From: Planctomycetia bacterium
GTDB lineage: Bacteria; Planctomycetota; Planctomycetia; Gemmatales; Gemmataceae
Reading direction: 5' to 3'
Assembly: GCA_043720335.1 (NCBI GenBank)
Contig: JAYSSW010000977.1
Coordinates: forward strand, 1 to 28,842
DNA length: 28,842 bases
Shown here in pieces: positions 17,930 to 27,754 of the stretch. Numbering within the stretch: the stretch's first letter is position 1; the number at the start of each line of letters is the position of its first letter. The translations under genes and the position numbers were made by a program. Under the pieces are notes generated by a model. That model worked only from the letters and a program-made list of their open reading frames with translations, did no database searches and was not told the DNA's origin.

Positions 17930-18532
17930 ATGTTCGCACAACGGCTCTTCCTCGCCGCGTCGCTCATCGTCATTTCAATCTCGCCCGCTTTCGCCGATCC
18001 GCCAGCGAAGAAGCCGATTCCGATCACGCCGGAAGTCGCGGCCAAGCTGCGCGACATCGCGTTCCAGGCGGCGCGCGAAGGCGACCTGGAGACGATGAAG
18101 GCGTACTTCGATTCGGGCCTGTCGGTCAACGACTTCAACGCGCGCGGCGACACGCTGCTGACCGTGGCTGCCTACAACGGCCAGGAGAAAGCGGTTGACG
18201 CGATCCTGGCGCAGCCCAAAGTCGCGGTCGATGCGCGGAACAAGATGGGGCTGACCGCGCTGGCCGCCGCCGGGTTCAAAGGACACACCGCCATCGCTGA
18301 GAGACTGGTCCGCGCCAAGGCCGACGTCAACGCAGCCAACGGCAGCGGGCAGACGGCGCTGATGTTCGCGGCATTATCGGGGCGCGTGAAAACCGTCGAA
18401 TATCTGCTGGCGGTCGGCGCGAACCCGCGAGCCGCCGACACGTCGGGCAACACGGCGCTGAGCCTCGCGCAAGGCCAGGGAGCCGACGCCGTCGTTCGCC
18501 TTCTGGAAACGAAGAGAACGATGAAACCATGA
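17930..18532 (+). CDS. ankB: Exported ankyrin-repeat protein (AnkB-like, 200 aa)
   Basis: AAAGGA RBS, ATG 17930, signal peptide ending AFA. Ankyrin repeats GDTLLTVAAYNG, GLTALAAAGFKG, GQTALMFAALSG and GNTALSLA. Sits directly behind a catalase, as in Pseudomonas katB-ankB. Confidence 0.85.
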   Translation: MFAQRLFLAASLIVISISPAFADPPAKKPIPITPEVAAKLRDIAFQAAREGDLETMKAYFDSGLSVNDFNARGDTLLTVAAYNGQEKAVDAILAQPKVAVDARNKMGLTALAAAGFKGHTAIAERLVRAKADVNAANGSGQTALMFAALSGRVKTVEYLLAVGANPRAADTSGNTALSLAQGQGADAVVRLLETKRTMKP

Positions 18533-18559
18533 TCTTCGGCGTGTCGGTTCGCACAACGC

Positions 18560-21500
18560 CTACTTCTTGATCTTCTCCTCCAGTGCCCGCGTCTGCTGGC
18601 GTACGTTCTCGAAGCGGGGCGGCCAGCTTCGCGCGTCGAGGCGGCGCAGCGACTCGCGGGCCTTGTCCCATTGCTGCTCGTGGATCTGGGCGGCGGCCAG
18701 CTTCAGCAGCCCGGTCGGCTCCAGCTCGCGCAGCTTCGCGACCTGCTCCCAGTGCGCGATCGCCTCCGGCCAGCGGTTCTGCTTCTCGCGGATCTCCGCC
18801 AGCATCGCGTGGCTCTCCGTCTCCGTCGACTGCACTTCCACGATCGAAGTATAGGCCCGCTCCGCCTCGCCCGGCTGCTTCAGCGCGTCGTAGCGCTTGG
18901 CGAGGCTCTCGAAAAGCTTCAAGTCGCGCCGCGAGTGCTGCACCGCTTGCAGCAGTTGACGCACCGCTCCCTCGCGGTCGCCCAGCGCGTCGTGGGCGGC
19001 GACCAGCAGCGTGAAAACCTCCGCGTCGTTCGGTTGCAGTTCAACAGCGAGCTCCCACTGCTTGATCGCCTTGGCGTGCTGCTTCATCTCCTGGTACGCC
19101 TGCCCGATCGCCTTGCATACGACGGGGTTTTTGAGCTTCTGCTGGTCGAAGTGCGCGACGAACGCGTCGAGGTCCGGCGACTGCACCAGCACGGACTTCA
19201 ACGTGTCGAGCGCCTTGGCCCGGCCGTCCGCGTGCCCGCCCCACGCGACCACGGCGCCGCCGGCCGCATCGACCGCTTCGGGCGTTTTCTTCAGTCCGGC
19301 GTAAGCCCGCGCCAGCCCCTGGTAGTACGCCGCCAGCTCGCCATCGCCGACGCCGCGGTTCGCCCGGCTGCGCTCGTGCAGCGGGATCAGCTCCTTGTAG
19401 TACGCGACCGACGGCTCGTACAACTCGTTCTCCAGCATGCTGTGGGCGAGCTGGCTGAGCGGGCCTTCGCCCCAGCGGCCCTTCTCGTGGAAGTGCGCGT
19501 CGGTCTGCTTGAGCAGTGCCAGCAGTTCCGCTTTGCGGTCGGTGCGGAAGTAAGAGTGCATGAGCAGCGTGCGGTAGCTCATCGACTCCGGCTGGCGCTC
19601 GACAAGCGGCTGCAGCAGCGCGATCGATTCGCCATGCCGCTTTTCGCGATGGAGGTAGTTGACGAGCTTCCCCTGTCCCGCTTCGTCGAGCCGCTTCTGG
19701 CCATGCGAGACGAAGAGGATCTCGGTGGCGCGCTTCCGCAGATCGAGCGTGTGGACCAGGTAGTCGGCGACGTGCTGCGCGGTGAGATTGGAATGCTTGC
19801 GCTGGGCCAGCACCTCTTCGGCGACCTTCTCGTAGTCGGCGCGGTTGGTCTTCCAGAAGTGATAATCCACGCGATGATGGGGCAGTTCCTCGCGGCGTTC
19901 GACGCTGCGGCGCAGCTCCGCCAGCACGAGCTTGAGGAGCCTCCCCTTCACGTCGGCCATCTCCTTGGTCTCCTCGAACCAGCCGAGCAGCGAGCCGCCG
20001 TGGACGCGCCAGCCGTCGCGGCCGAGGTGCCGCAGCCAGCGCGGCTCGCGGTCGATCTCGTCGAGCAGGAACACGATCCCCTCGCGCGGCCCCGCCACGC
20101 TGCGCAGCGTGCTCGCCACCGCTCCCACCATCGAGTCGCGGCCGCTCGTCTGCTCCTTCAGCAGCGGCGGCAGAGCCTTCGCCACGAACCCCTTCAAGTC
20201 CGCCGCCACGCCGGGAATCTTCAGGTCGTGCGCCGAGTCGTAGGTCCGCATGAGCAGCGAAACCAGCTGGTGGCGGTGGTTGGCGTCGGGGTCGGCGAGG
20301 GCCTTCCGAATCCGGGCGGCGAGTGCCTGGTACAGCTCAGCGCCCTTGCCGAGCGACACGTCCGCCTTGTGCTGCAAGGCGCGGAGGTAGTGCGCGTCGA
20401 GCCGTTCGACCAGCCAGCGGCGCTGCTGCGAATGGGCGGGATGCTTGAGCTGCGCGAGCAGGACTGTTTCGCCGCGCGCGAAGTGGCCGGCCGACACGAG
20501 CAGGTCGACGTAGGTGTCGAGCGCGGCGTTGGCGACGACGGGCAGCACCCCCTGGTTCGCCGCCTCGAACTCGTCGAGCGCGGCCTGCATCACGTCCGTG
20601 GCGTCGGCGACGCGGCCGCGGCCCCGCAGCGTCCTCGCGTGGCAGTGCGCGATCTGGAAGCGGTCCAGCGATCCCGCCGCCGAATCGGCGTGCAGCGCCT
20701 TCAGCTGCCGAAGCTGCTCGTCGGCCAGCGCGGGCTGCGAGATGGCGCCCAGCCCCGCGAGCAGCTCCGCCATCCGGCGCGGCTCGCCCGGCGACCACGC
20801 CCGCTTGAACGCGCGCTGCAGTGCGGCCAGCGCCTTCTCCCGGTGCGGGCCGGGCTGGTTCAGCAGCTCCGACGCGCGCCGCTCCACCTGCGCTTCGAGC
20901 AGGTCGAGCGCACGCTCATCGACAGCGGTCTTGGCGTGGGGCCGAACCTCGGCGATCCGCTTCACGATCTCGTCGGCGGTCGCTTCGTCGCGGACCTCGT
21001 CGAGCACCGACTGCATGCCGCCCAGGAACGGGTAGACCTTCGCCGCCGTGTGGCCGACGACCGCGTCGGGCAGGCCGGACAACAGGCGGAAATCGTGCGA
21101 CGCCTGGTACGATTGCTGGAGCTGGTGCAGGTAGGCGTGCGGCGTCGCCGACTTGTCGAACAGCACCGCGAACAGGCGCAGCACCTCCGGGTCCAGCTCG
21201 GTAGGCAGCTTGCCGTCGCGGCTGTGCCAGGGCGCCATCTTCGCCGCGATCATCCGGCTCAGCTGCTGCTCGGACGTCGTTTGGTAGACTTTCAGCGCCG
21301 CCCGCTCGCTCGCTGCGCGCTGGCCTTGGATGAGAAGCCAGTCGGCCAGCGAACGGTACTCGCGCGGGCCGAGTTCGTCCGCCGCCTCGAACTGCTGGAT
21401 CGCCTCGGCCAGCTTCCCCTGCTCGGCCAGCAGATGGCCCAGCGCCAGCCGCCAGTGGTTGTCGTCGTCCTGCGCCGACCACTGCCGCAGCGAGACTTCC

Positions 21501-24500
21501 AGTTCCTTGTTGCGGTCGAGCGCGATGAGCAGGCGCATCTTCGCGGACTTCCAGCCGGCCGAACCCTCCTTGCCTTCCGCCTCGATCGCCTGGTCGTGAT
21601 GCTTCACCAGTCGTTCGACGAGCGCCGGCTCGGCGCCCTTCCGCGCGGCCAGGTTCGTGAGCGTCACCAGGTGGCGCTGACGCAGCGCCGCTTCCAACGC
21701 CTGCTCGATGGTCGGCTCGTCGATGCGCTTCTTCGGCGCCGCTCCCATCACTTCCCACGCCTCGGCGACGGCGCGCTTCAGGCTGCGGTCGAGCGGCACG
21801 TCGAGGTAGACGCTCTCCGCGACCAGCCACGCCGCCAGCGCCTTCGGCCGCTTCGCCGACTCCTTGAACAGCCGATCCGCGAGGGCTTCCCGCGCCGCGC
21901 GGCGGAGGTCGGCGTGCTTCTTCTGCAGGTCGGTGCGTGACAGCTTCTCCGGATGCTCGATCGCGCCGGCCGCGGCCGCGACGCGGTTCGCCAACATGCG
22001 GTCGGTGAGCCGATGCGCCGCCGACACGGCGGCGACCAGCCGTTCGCCCGGTTCTTCCGCGTCAGATTGTTTATCGAGCAGCGCGAGCGATTCGTCCTCG
22101 ATGGCGGCGGTCCAGGGGGCGCCGAGCAGCCGCTCGAACAGCCGGCCCGCGTACTCGGCGCGGTGCTTCTCCGGCCCCGTCAGCCGCTGCAGGCGCAGGA
22201 ACGCCAGCGGCTCGCTCTCGCTGCCGAAGCTCGCCAGGATGATGGCGAGGAAGTCGCCGAGGTCGTGCTTCTCGTCTTCGTCGCTGGATTTCGTCCAGCG
22301 CTGCCGCAGCGCGGCGACGACGCGGTCCCAGGCCGCCTTGTCGAGCGTGTCGTTGTTCAGCCAGCCGTGGAAGCGGCGGATCTGCGCGACCGACAGCTTG
22401 TCGAGGTCGCGCACGAACACCGCGCCGAGCGCCTTGCGCAACGGCCCGATTTCGTCGGTGTTGCGCAGGTGCGACAGGATGCTGCTGGTGGTGTCGTGCA
22501 GCCGGGGATGCAGCGCGAAGTCGAGGGCCGCCTTCGCCAGCGGGTCGAGCCAGCGGTCCTCGACGGGGCCGGGATGGCCGGTGAAGCTGCGCCGCGTCTC
22601 CCCGCTGAGATGGTCGACCGCCGCGCGCAGACGGCTGACGACCGGGTCGGTCGCTTCCTTCGTGGCATGCGCTTCCTGCAGCCAGCGAAGCGCGAACGCC
22701 TCCGCCTTCTGCGGCTGATCGGTCAGGACGAGGGCGCGGAGGAGCTGCGCATAGGCGGACAGGTTCGCGGGTCCGCGCTCGACCCACGCTGCGAGATAGT
22801 CGGCCAGGTCGGCGTAGCGGCCCTGCTGTTCCAGCAGCGCCGCGTAGGCGGTGAGAAGCGCCGCCTCCTCGCCGTCGTTCCATTTCGCGTCCTTGCCGAG
22901 AGCGCGCGTCAGCCAGGCGTAGGCGCCGGCGTAGTCGCCGGCCGCCGCCAGGGCCTGGGCGTGGTCGCGCTGCAGAGCGACGTCGCGCGGATGGTCGTCC
23001 GCGAGCTGCTTGCGCAGCTTCGCCGCCTCGTCGGAGGCGAGATGCGCGAGCCGGTGGAGCAGCCAATGTTTGCGGGCCTGCAGATGCGGCGGCTGCTTGT
23101 CGTGGGTCGGCCGCAGCGCGTCGAGCAGCGCCAGGGATTCGGCGTGCTGCAGCACGCGCGCCGACGTGTCGAGAAGATGCCCGGCCAGGAAATAGGCCTC
23201 GGCGCCGGCGTCCTTGGCGACGCGGGCGGCTTCCTGGAGCTGCCAAAGACGAAGCTCGTCGTGGCGCCGGCTGTCGTTGAGGATCGCCGCACGCAGCCAA
23301 CGCAGGCCCGGCTTCCCCTGCGCGGCCTTCTCAGCGCGCTGCAGGTGGTCGAGCACCTTGTCCCATTGCTGGCTGGCGTGGAAGTGCAGCATCAGCAGGA
23401 ACTCGTCGCCGAAGGTTGCCTTGCCCGCCGCGTGCGCCTTCTTCGCCGCCGCCACGCTCGGCAGCGGCAGGTGCAGGAACTGCACCGCGTCGCGCCCAAC
23501 CAGCTCCGTCTTCGTCCGCTGCGCCAGCTCGTCCGGCGTGAGCGACTTCACCGTCTGCGTGGCGAGCGACGTGCGCTTGCCGTCCGCGTTGGTGGCCTCG
23601 ATCTTCCGCGCCCACCAGCCGCCGGCGACCTCGACGAAATCGTCGAACTTCGTCGTGTCGAAGAGTTTGCCGTTGTCGCGGTTCTCGACCGACAAGACGA
23701 CGTGCCGGACGGTATCGACGAGGATGCGCGTCTCGTAGCGGTGCACCTTCAGCACGAGCAGCGCGCGGTCCTTGCCCTGCGCTTCGACGGTTGGCGTGTA
23801 GCTCGCGAATTCCCTTTCGACCGACACGGCCGAATGATCGCCGAGAGCGAGTTGCAGCGTCCCGTCGAGCGGCGTGGCGGCGCGGGTTCGGCCCAGCTGG
23901 AACGCCTTCGAGAAGGCGCCAACCTCCTTGCCATCGTTCCATGAAACGAGCGTCTGTCCGCCGTCGCTCGCGGTGCGGACGAGCCAGGTCTTGGCGGACG
24001 CGAGATCGAGCCGGCGCGAGCGCGTGGCGAGTTCGCCCCAGCGCGGCTCGAACGTGTCGGTCTGCCGAACGATTTCGACGCCACCAGCCATCTTCGCAAT
24101 CTGCTCGCTGCGCAGCAGGCTCGCCGCCAGCTCGCGCGCCGCCGCCGGCCACGCCGATTTCGCCGGCTTCGACTTCGCGGGGATCGGAGTCAATGTTGGG
24201 AAAAGCATGTTTAACCAGGAAGAATGCCCTCTCCGCAACAAGCGATGCGTTCCACCTGTAGGCGCGAAATCGAGCGCGAGCACGCGGATTCGTTCCGTTT
24301 GCATGTTCAAAGGAGAGCCATTGGCTTCATCGAAAAAGAAGGGACTTGCGTCGTTCAACGCCCTGATGGGGTCGTTGAGCACCAACCTTTCTTCCACGCT
24401 TTGGAACTCCATTTCTAATCCCCACTCCTCCTTTTTCGCCTCGTCGCTGAAGAAATCGCTTAAGCCATCCATGCTCCGTGACTCATCGACGACCCCGAAC

Positions 24501-27500
24501 CGATCGAACTCGCGGACTTCCGCGCTGAGTCGCTCGGAGGGAGCGAAACCCGCGCTGATGTCGCCCAGATCCCCGAGCTCCAAAAACATGTCTTTGAAAG
24601 CAACTTCGGCTCGGCCTCCCCGAAGGAACCACTTGTTCGAGTCTCGTTTCACGGGCATGGGAAACTCCATCCGCCGCGATCCGATCGGCCCCCGGCCCAG
24701 CTTCGCGAGGTCGGCCAGCACGGCGCGGCGCAGCGCGGTGCGCCAGTCGGCGGCGGCTTTCCGCTGCTTCTGCGCCAGGTCGAAGACGGCGTTGTCGCGG
24801 CCGTCGGCGAAGAAGCGCTCGCCGTCGCGCATCAGGAAACGCCGTTTCATCTTGAACCGCTCGCGGTCGGCGTCGGTCTCCAGCACCAGCAGCGACGTGT
24901 ACGGCGTGATGATCTGGAACTCCTCCGAAAGCCCGATGATCTCGTCCTTCACCGCGCTCGACGCGCCTTGCTCCAGCAGGCTGTCGAGGTGCATCCGCGC
25001 CCACAGCCGGGGGATGAACGCGTTGCCCAGCTCGGCGTCCTTGAACGACGCACGGGCCGTGAAACGGACCGGCTTGTCCCCCTGCATGCCGGTGACGACC
25101 ACCTCGCCCGCCTGGTCCTTGCCATCGGGCAGGTAGCGGCCCAGCAGGATCTGCTGCGTGCCTGCGGGGACGTTCGCCAGCGACTCCGGGTAGACGCGGG
25201 CGGCCTTGAAGCCCTTGAACTCGACCTTCACGTCGCGCAGCGCGGGCTGGGCGATCTCGGCGAGCAGTTCCCGCGCGATGGCGGGCGGGCCTTGCTCGCT
25301 GGAGATGCGCCGCATCGACCCGCTCCCCAGCGACGCGATCGCCTTCATCACGCCCGCCTCGTAGGTGCTGCCGAGCGTCACCGCGTGGAACACGGCGCCC
25401 CCCTGGTGCAGCCTGCGCAGCCGTTTCGCGAACGCCACCGGGTCGCCGTCGCCGCTGGTGACGATGCCGTCGCCGACGTAAACGACATGCGTCTTCGGCC
25501 CGCACTGCTTCAGCGCGGAGGCGAAGGCGACATCGAGGTTCGTCCAGCCCAGCGACGTGCGGCGAGCCAAAAAATCACGCGCAGCGACGACCTGGCTCGC
25601 CTCGGCGGACGCCGGCATCACGAAGGCCCAGTCGCAGGTCACGTCGCACGTCGCCAGGTTGAACGTGTCCTTCGGCGACAGCGACGCCAGCAGTGACGCG
25701 ACGAATGTCGCTTGCGCGGCGCGTTGTCCAGCATCAATGGACGCCGACGTGTCGGCCAGAACCAGCAGGTGCAGCGGTTCGCCGTTCGGCAGGATCGGCC
25801 GATCCCAGTCGCCCCCCGCGCCGGGCGGCGTGAGTTGGAGCATGAAGTAGCCGTCGTCGCCGCGGCGGTGCGGGATCATCACCACGTCGGACTGACGCCC
25901 TTCGACTTCGACGACGACCTCGAAGTCGCGCGTCGGCGTGTACTCCTGGGCGCTGAACTCGACGTGGGCCGAGTGCGCCGTCCTGGCGTCGCGCGTCGTG
26001 TGCGTCGGCGACGACACGCTGCGCAGCGGCACGGCGGAGTTCACCTTCACGTCGAGGTTCAGCTCGCGCAGCGGGTGCTGCTGCAGCATGTCGCTTTGCA
26101 AGGCGTAGCTGTACCGATAGCGGCTCCCCTTCAGCGGCAGCACCTGCGTGTAGGTGATCTTGATCCGCTTCTCCGCGTTCGGCGGGATCGGGAACACGCG
26201 GGCCTTGAACAGGTTGCCGCCCGACCATTCGAGCAGGCCGGGGTCGCGCTTTTCGCGCAGGATGGTCTCGAAGATCTCGCGGGCGCGCTGCTTCTCGACC
26301 ACGTCGGCTTCGACGTAGTTGTCGCCGATCCACATGCCGAAACCGGAGATCGACGCGTCCTGCGGCAGCGGGAAATGGAAGACCCCTTCCAGTTCCGTTT
26401 TGGTGTGGTTGACGAACGATTCCTCAATGACGGTGCGGGCGATCTGGTCGCGGATGTCGACGGTGACCTTGTGGTAGCCGACCGTGAGCGGCACGTTGCG
26501 GCCATCGACGAGGGCGACGAGCGAGCCAAGCGACTCGTTCGCGGTCGCCCCCTTGAAGCCGAGCAGCCAAGGGGGATCCTTCTCGACGCGCACCAGTTGC
26601 GAGGCGTTTTTCGCGTTCTCCACGCGGTAGAACTGGCGATCCTTCACCGCGACTTTTTGCTGGTTCGGTCCCAACAGTTCGATGGTCGTGCCGGTCGTCG
26701 GGACGATTTCGAGCTGGCCTTCGACGAGGCGGATCGTTTTCGGGCTGACGAGTTCGACGAGCGTTTTCGGCCCCAGAATCACGCCGGTCTGCTTGGCGAG
26801 CCGCAGCGCCGCCGCGTTGGCGCCGCGCGCGTCGGTGCGGATCCAGTCGCCCGGCTTGAGGACCAGGTTCTCGCGGAGCGGCGTCCAGCGTTCGTGCAGC
26901 ACCGGCCGAATCGCGACGATTCCTTGCACATCGCCCACCTTGCCGATGCGGCCGTCCTCGGTCAGCGTGTCGGCGATCTTGAACTTCTCCGCGCCAATCG
27001 GCTGGTCGTAGGCGACGACGGTCAACGAGGCGAACACTTCGCTCTTGCCGTCGCGCTCGATCAGCGTGCGCAGCGATTGGAGACGCCCGGTCTTGGCGTC
27101 CACGGTTGCTTCGAGTCGTTTCGGCGTCTCCTTGAGATTGGGCAAATCGACGCGATAGGTGAGCAATTCGCGGTCGCCCTCGTGAACCTGGTCCGCAGGC
27201 AGCGCGTGAACGTAGTTCTCCAAGCCTTTTCCTTGGGGCAGGCCGAGCATGTCGCGCCACGACGACGGTTGAGCGGTGCGGCGGGCTTCGTTCGTGCTTT
27301 CGCGGACGGTCCACGAGTTGCCTTCGTCGACGATGCGGTAGTTGCCGTCGAGGTCGTCGAGCCGCGAACGGGGCGGCTGGCTGGTCTGCCAGAACTCGTA
27401 GGTCTTGCCGCCGCGCACGAGGCGTGCGTGCAACGTGCCGGCCTGGTCGAACTGGTCGAACGCCTGACCGAGCGTGAGGCTTGGCGACGTGAGCGCGATC

Positions 27501-27754
27501 CAGGCGTAGGCCGACACGCCGACGAGGACGACGGCGGCAGCGGCGCCCGCGAGCCAGCGACGGTAGAACATGGGACGTTTCCTCGGTTCGACGGGGAGGG
27601 GAGAACCGGCCACGAACGCGTCGGTCGACTGCGCGCGCAGCTTGGCGAGAAATTCGGCTTCGGGGGGCGCGGCGGCGCTTTCGGACGCGGCCAACGCGGC
27701 GGCGAGCTGCTCCTCGTCCTTCGCGTCGTCCGGCACGGGTTCATGCGGATCCAT
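18560..27754 (-). CDS. Giant (3064 aa) membrane-anchored putative anti-sigma factor: TM helix, FecR-like, VIT, vWA (MIDAS) and long TPR-like region
   Basis: ATG 27754 with GAGG RBS overlaps the ECF sigma end by 14 nt. TM helix near 27490-27560; FecR-like block near 26700-26950 (GKVGDVQG...LKPGDWIRTD...IRLVEGQLEI); VIT near 26140-26540 (HKVTVDIRDQIARTVIEESFVN...EGVFHFPLPQDASISGFGMWIG...RDPGLLE); vWA with DTSAS at 25739-25753, plus GWTNL and YVGDG; helical TPR-like repeats across about 18570-23400. Confidence 0.85.
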   Translation of the reverse strand: MDPHEPVPDDAKDEEQLAAALAASESAAAPPEAEFLAKLRAQSTDAFVAGSPLPVEPRKRPMFYRRWLAGAAAAVVLVGVSAYAWIALTSPSLTLGQAFDQFDQAGTLHARLVRGGKTYEFWQTSQPPRSRLDDLDGNYRIVDEGNSWTVRESTNEARRTAQPSSWRDMLGLPQGKGLENYVHALPADQVHEGDRELLTYRVDLPNLKETPKRLEATVDAKTGRLQSLRTLIERDGKSEVFASLTVVAYDQPIGAEKFKIADTLTEDGRIGKVGDVQGIVAIRPVLHERWTPLRENLVLKPGDWIRTDARGANAAALRLAKQTGVILGPKTLVELVSPKTIRLVEGQLEIVPTTGTTIELLGPNQQKVAVKDRQFYRVENAKNASQLVRVEKDPPWLLGFKGATANESLGSLVALVDGRNVPLTVGYHKVTVDIRDQIARTVIEESFVNHTKTELEGVFHFPLPQDASISGFGMWIGDNYVEADVVEKQRAREIFETILREKRDPGLLEWSGGNLFKARVFPIPPNAEKRIKITYTQVLPLKGSRYRYSYALQSDMLQQHPLRELNLDVKVNSAVPLRSVSSPTHTTRDARTAHSAHVEFSAQEYTPTRDFEVVVEVEGRQSDVVMIPHRRGDDGYFMLQLTPPGAGGDWDRPILPNGEPLHLLVLADTSASIDAGQRAAQATFVASLLASLSPKDTFNLATCDVTCDWAFVMPASAEASQVVAARDFLARRTSLGWTNLDVAFASALKQCGPKTHVVYVGDGIVTSGDGDPVAFAKRLRRLHQGGAVFHAVTLGSTYEAGVMKAIASLGSGSMRRISSEQGPPAIARELLAEIAQPALRDVKVEFKGFKAARVYPESLANVPAGTQQILLGRYLPDGKDQAGEVVVTGMQGDKPVRFTARASFKDAELGNAFIPRLWARMHLDSLLEQGASSAVKDEIIGLSEEFQIITPYTSLLVLETDADRERFKMKRRFLMRDGERFFADGRDNAVFDLAQKQRKAAADWRTALRRAVLADLAKLGRGPIGSRRMEFPMPVKRDSNKWFLRGGRAEVAFKDMFLELGDLGDISAGFAPSERLSAEVREFDRFGVVDESRSMDGLSDFFSDEAKKEEWGLEMEFQSVEERLVLNDPIRALNDASPFFFDEANGSPLNMQTERIRVLALDFAPTGGTHRLLRRGHSSWLNMLFPTLTPIPAKSKPAKSAWPAAARELAASLLRSEQIAKMAGGVEIVRQTDTFEPRWGELATRSRRLDLASAKTWLVRTASDGGQTLVSWNDGKEVGAFSKAFQLGRTRAATPLDGTLQLALGDHSAVSVEREFASYTPTVEAQGKDRALLVLKVHRYETRILVDTVRHVVLSVENRDNGKLFDTTKFDDFVEVAGGWWARKIEATNADGKRTSLATQTVKSLTPDELAQRTKTELVGRDAVQFLHLPLPSVAAAKKAHAAGKATFGDEFLLMLHFHASQQWDKVLDHLQRAEKAAQGKPGLRWLRAAILNDSRRHDELRLWQLQEAARVAKDAGAEAYFLAGHLLDTSARVLQHAESLALLDALRPTHDKQPPHLQARKHWLLHRLAHLASDEAAKLRKQLADDHPRDVALQRDHAQALAAAGDYAGAYAWLTRALGKDAKWNDGEEAALLTAYAALLEQQGRYADLADYLAAWVERGPANLSAYAQLLRALVLTDQPQKAEAFALRWLQEAHATKEATDPVVSRLRAAVDHLSGETRRSFTGHPGPVEDRWLDPLAKAALDFALHPRLHDTTSSILSHLRNTDEIGPLRKALGAVFVRDLDKLSVAQIRRFHGWLNNDTLDKAAWDRVVAALRQRWTKSSDEDEKHDLGDFLAIILASFGSESEPLAFLRLQRLTGPEKHRAEYAGRLFERLLGAPWTAAIEDESLALLDKQSDAEEPGERLVAAVSAAHRLTDRMLANRVAAAAGAIEHPEKLSRTDLQKKHADLRRAAREALADRLFKESAKRPKALAAWLVAESVYLDVPLDRSLKRAVAEAWEVMGAAPKKRIDEPTIEQALEAALRQRHLVTLTNLAARKGAEPALVERLVKHHDQAIEAEGKEGSAGWKSAKMRLLIALDRNKELEVSLRQWSAQDDDNHWRLALGHLLAEQGKLAEAIQQFEAADELGPREYRSLADWLLIQGQRAASERAALKVYQTTSEQQLSRMIAAKMAPWHSRDGKLPTELDPEVLRLFAVLFDKSATPHAYLHQLQQSYQASHDFRLLSGLPDAVVGHTAAKVYPFLGGMQSVLDEVRDEATADEIVKRIAEVRPHAKTAVDERALDLLEAQVERRASELLNQPGPHREKALAALQRAFKRAWSPGEPRRMAELLAGLGAISQPALADEQLRQLKALHADSAAGSLDRFQIAHCHARTLRGRGRVADATDVMQAALDEFEAANQGVLPVVANAALDTYVDLLVSAGHFARGETVLLAQLKHPAHSQQRRWLVERLDAHYLRALQHKADVSLGKGAELYQALAARIRKALADPDANHRHQLVSLLMRTYDSAHDLKIPGVAADLKGFVAKALPPLLKEQTSGRDSMVGAVASTLRSVAGPREGIVFLLDEIDREPRWLRHLGRDGWRVHGGSLLGWFEETKEMADVKGRLLKLVLAELRRSVERREELPHHRVDYHFWKTNRADYEKVAEEVLAQRKHSNLTAQHVADYLVHTLDLRKRATEILFVSHGQKRLDEAGQGKLVNYLHREKRHGESIALLQPLVERQPESMSYRTLLMHSYFRTDRKAELLALLKQTDAHFHEKGRWGEGPLSQLAHSMLENELYEPSVAYYKELIPLHERSRANRGVGDGELAAYYQGLARAYAGLKKTPEAVDAAGGAVVAWGGHADGRAKALDTLKSVLVQSPDLDAFVAHFDQQKLKNPVVCKAIGQAYQEMKQHAKAIKQWELAVELQPNDAEVFTLLVAAHDALGDREGAVRQLLQAVQHSRRDLKLFESLAKRYDALKQPGEAERAYTSIVEVQSTETESHAMLAEIREKQNRWPEAIAHWEQVAKLRELEPTGLLKLAAAQIHEQQWDKARESLRRLDARSWPPRFENVRQQTRALEEKIKK

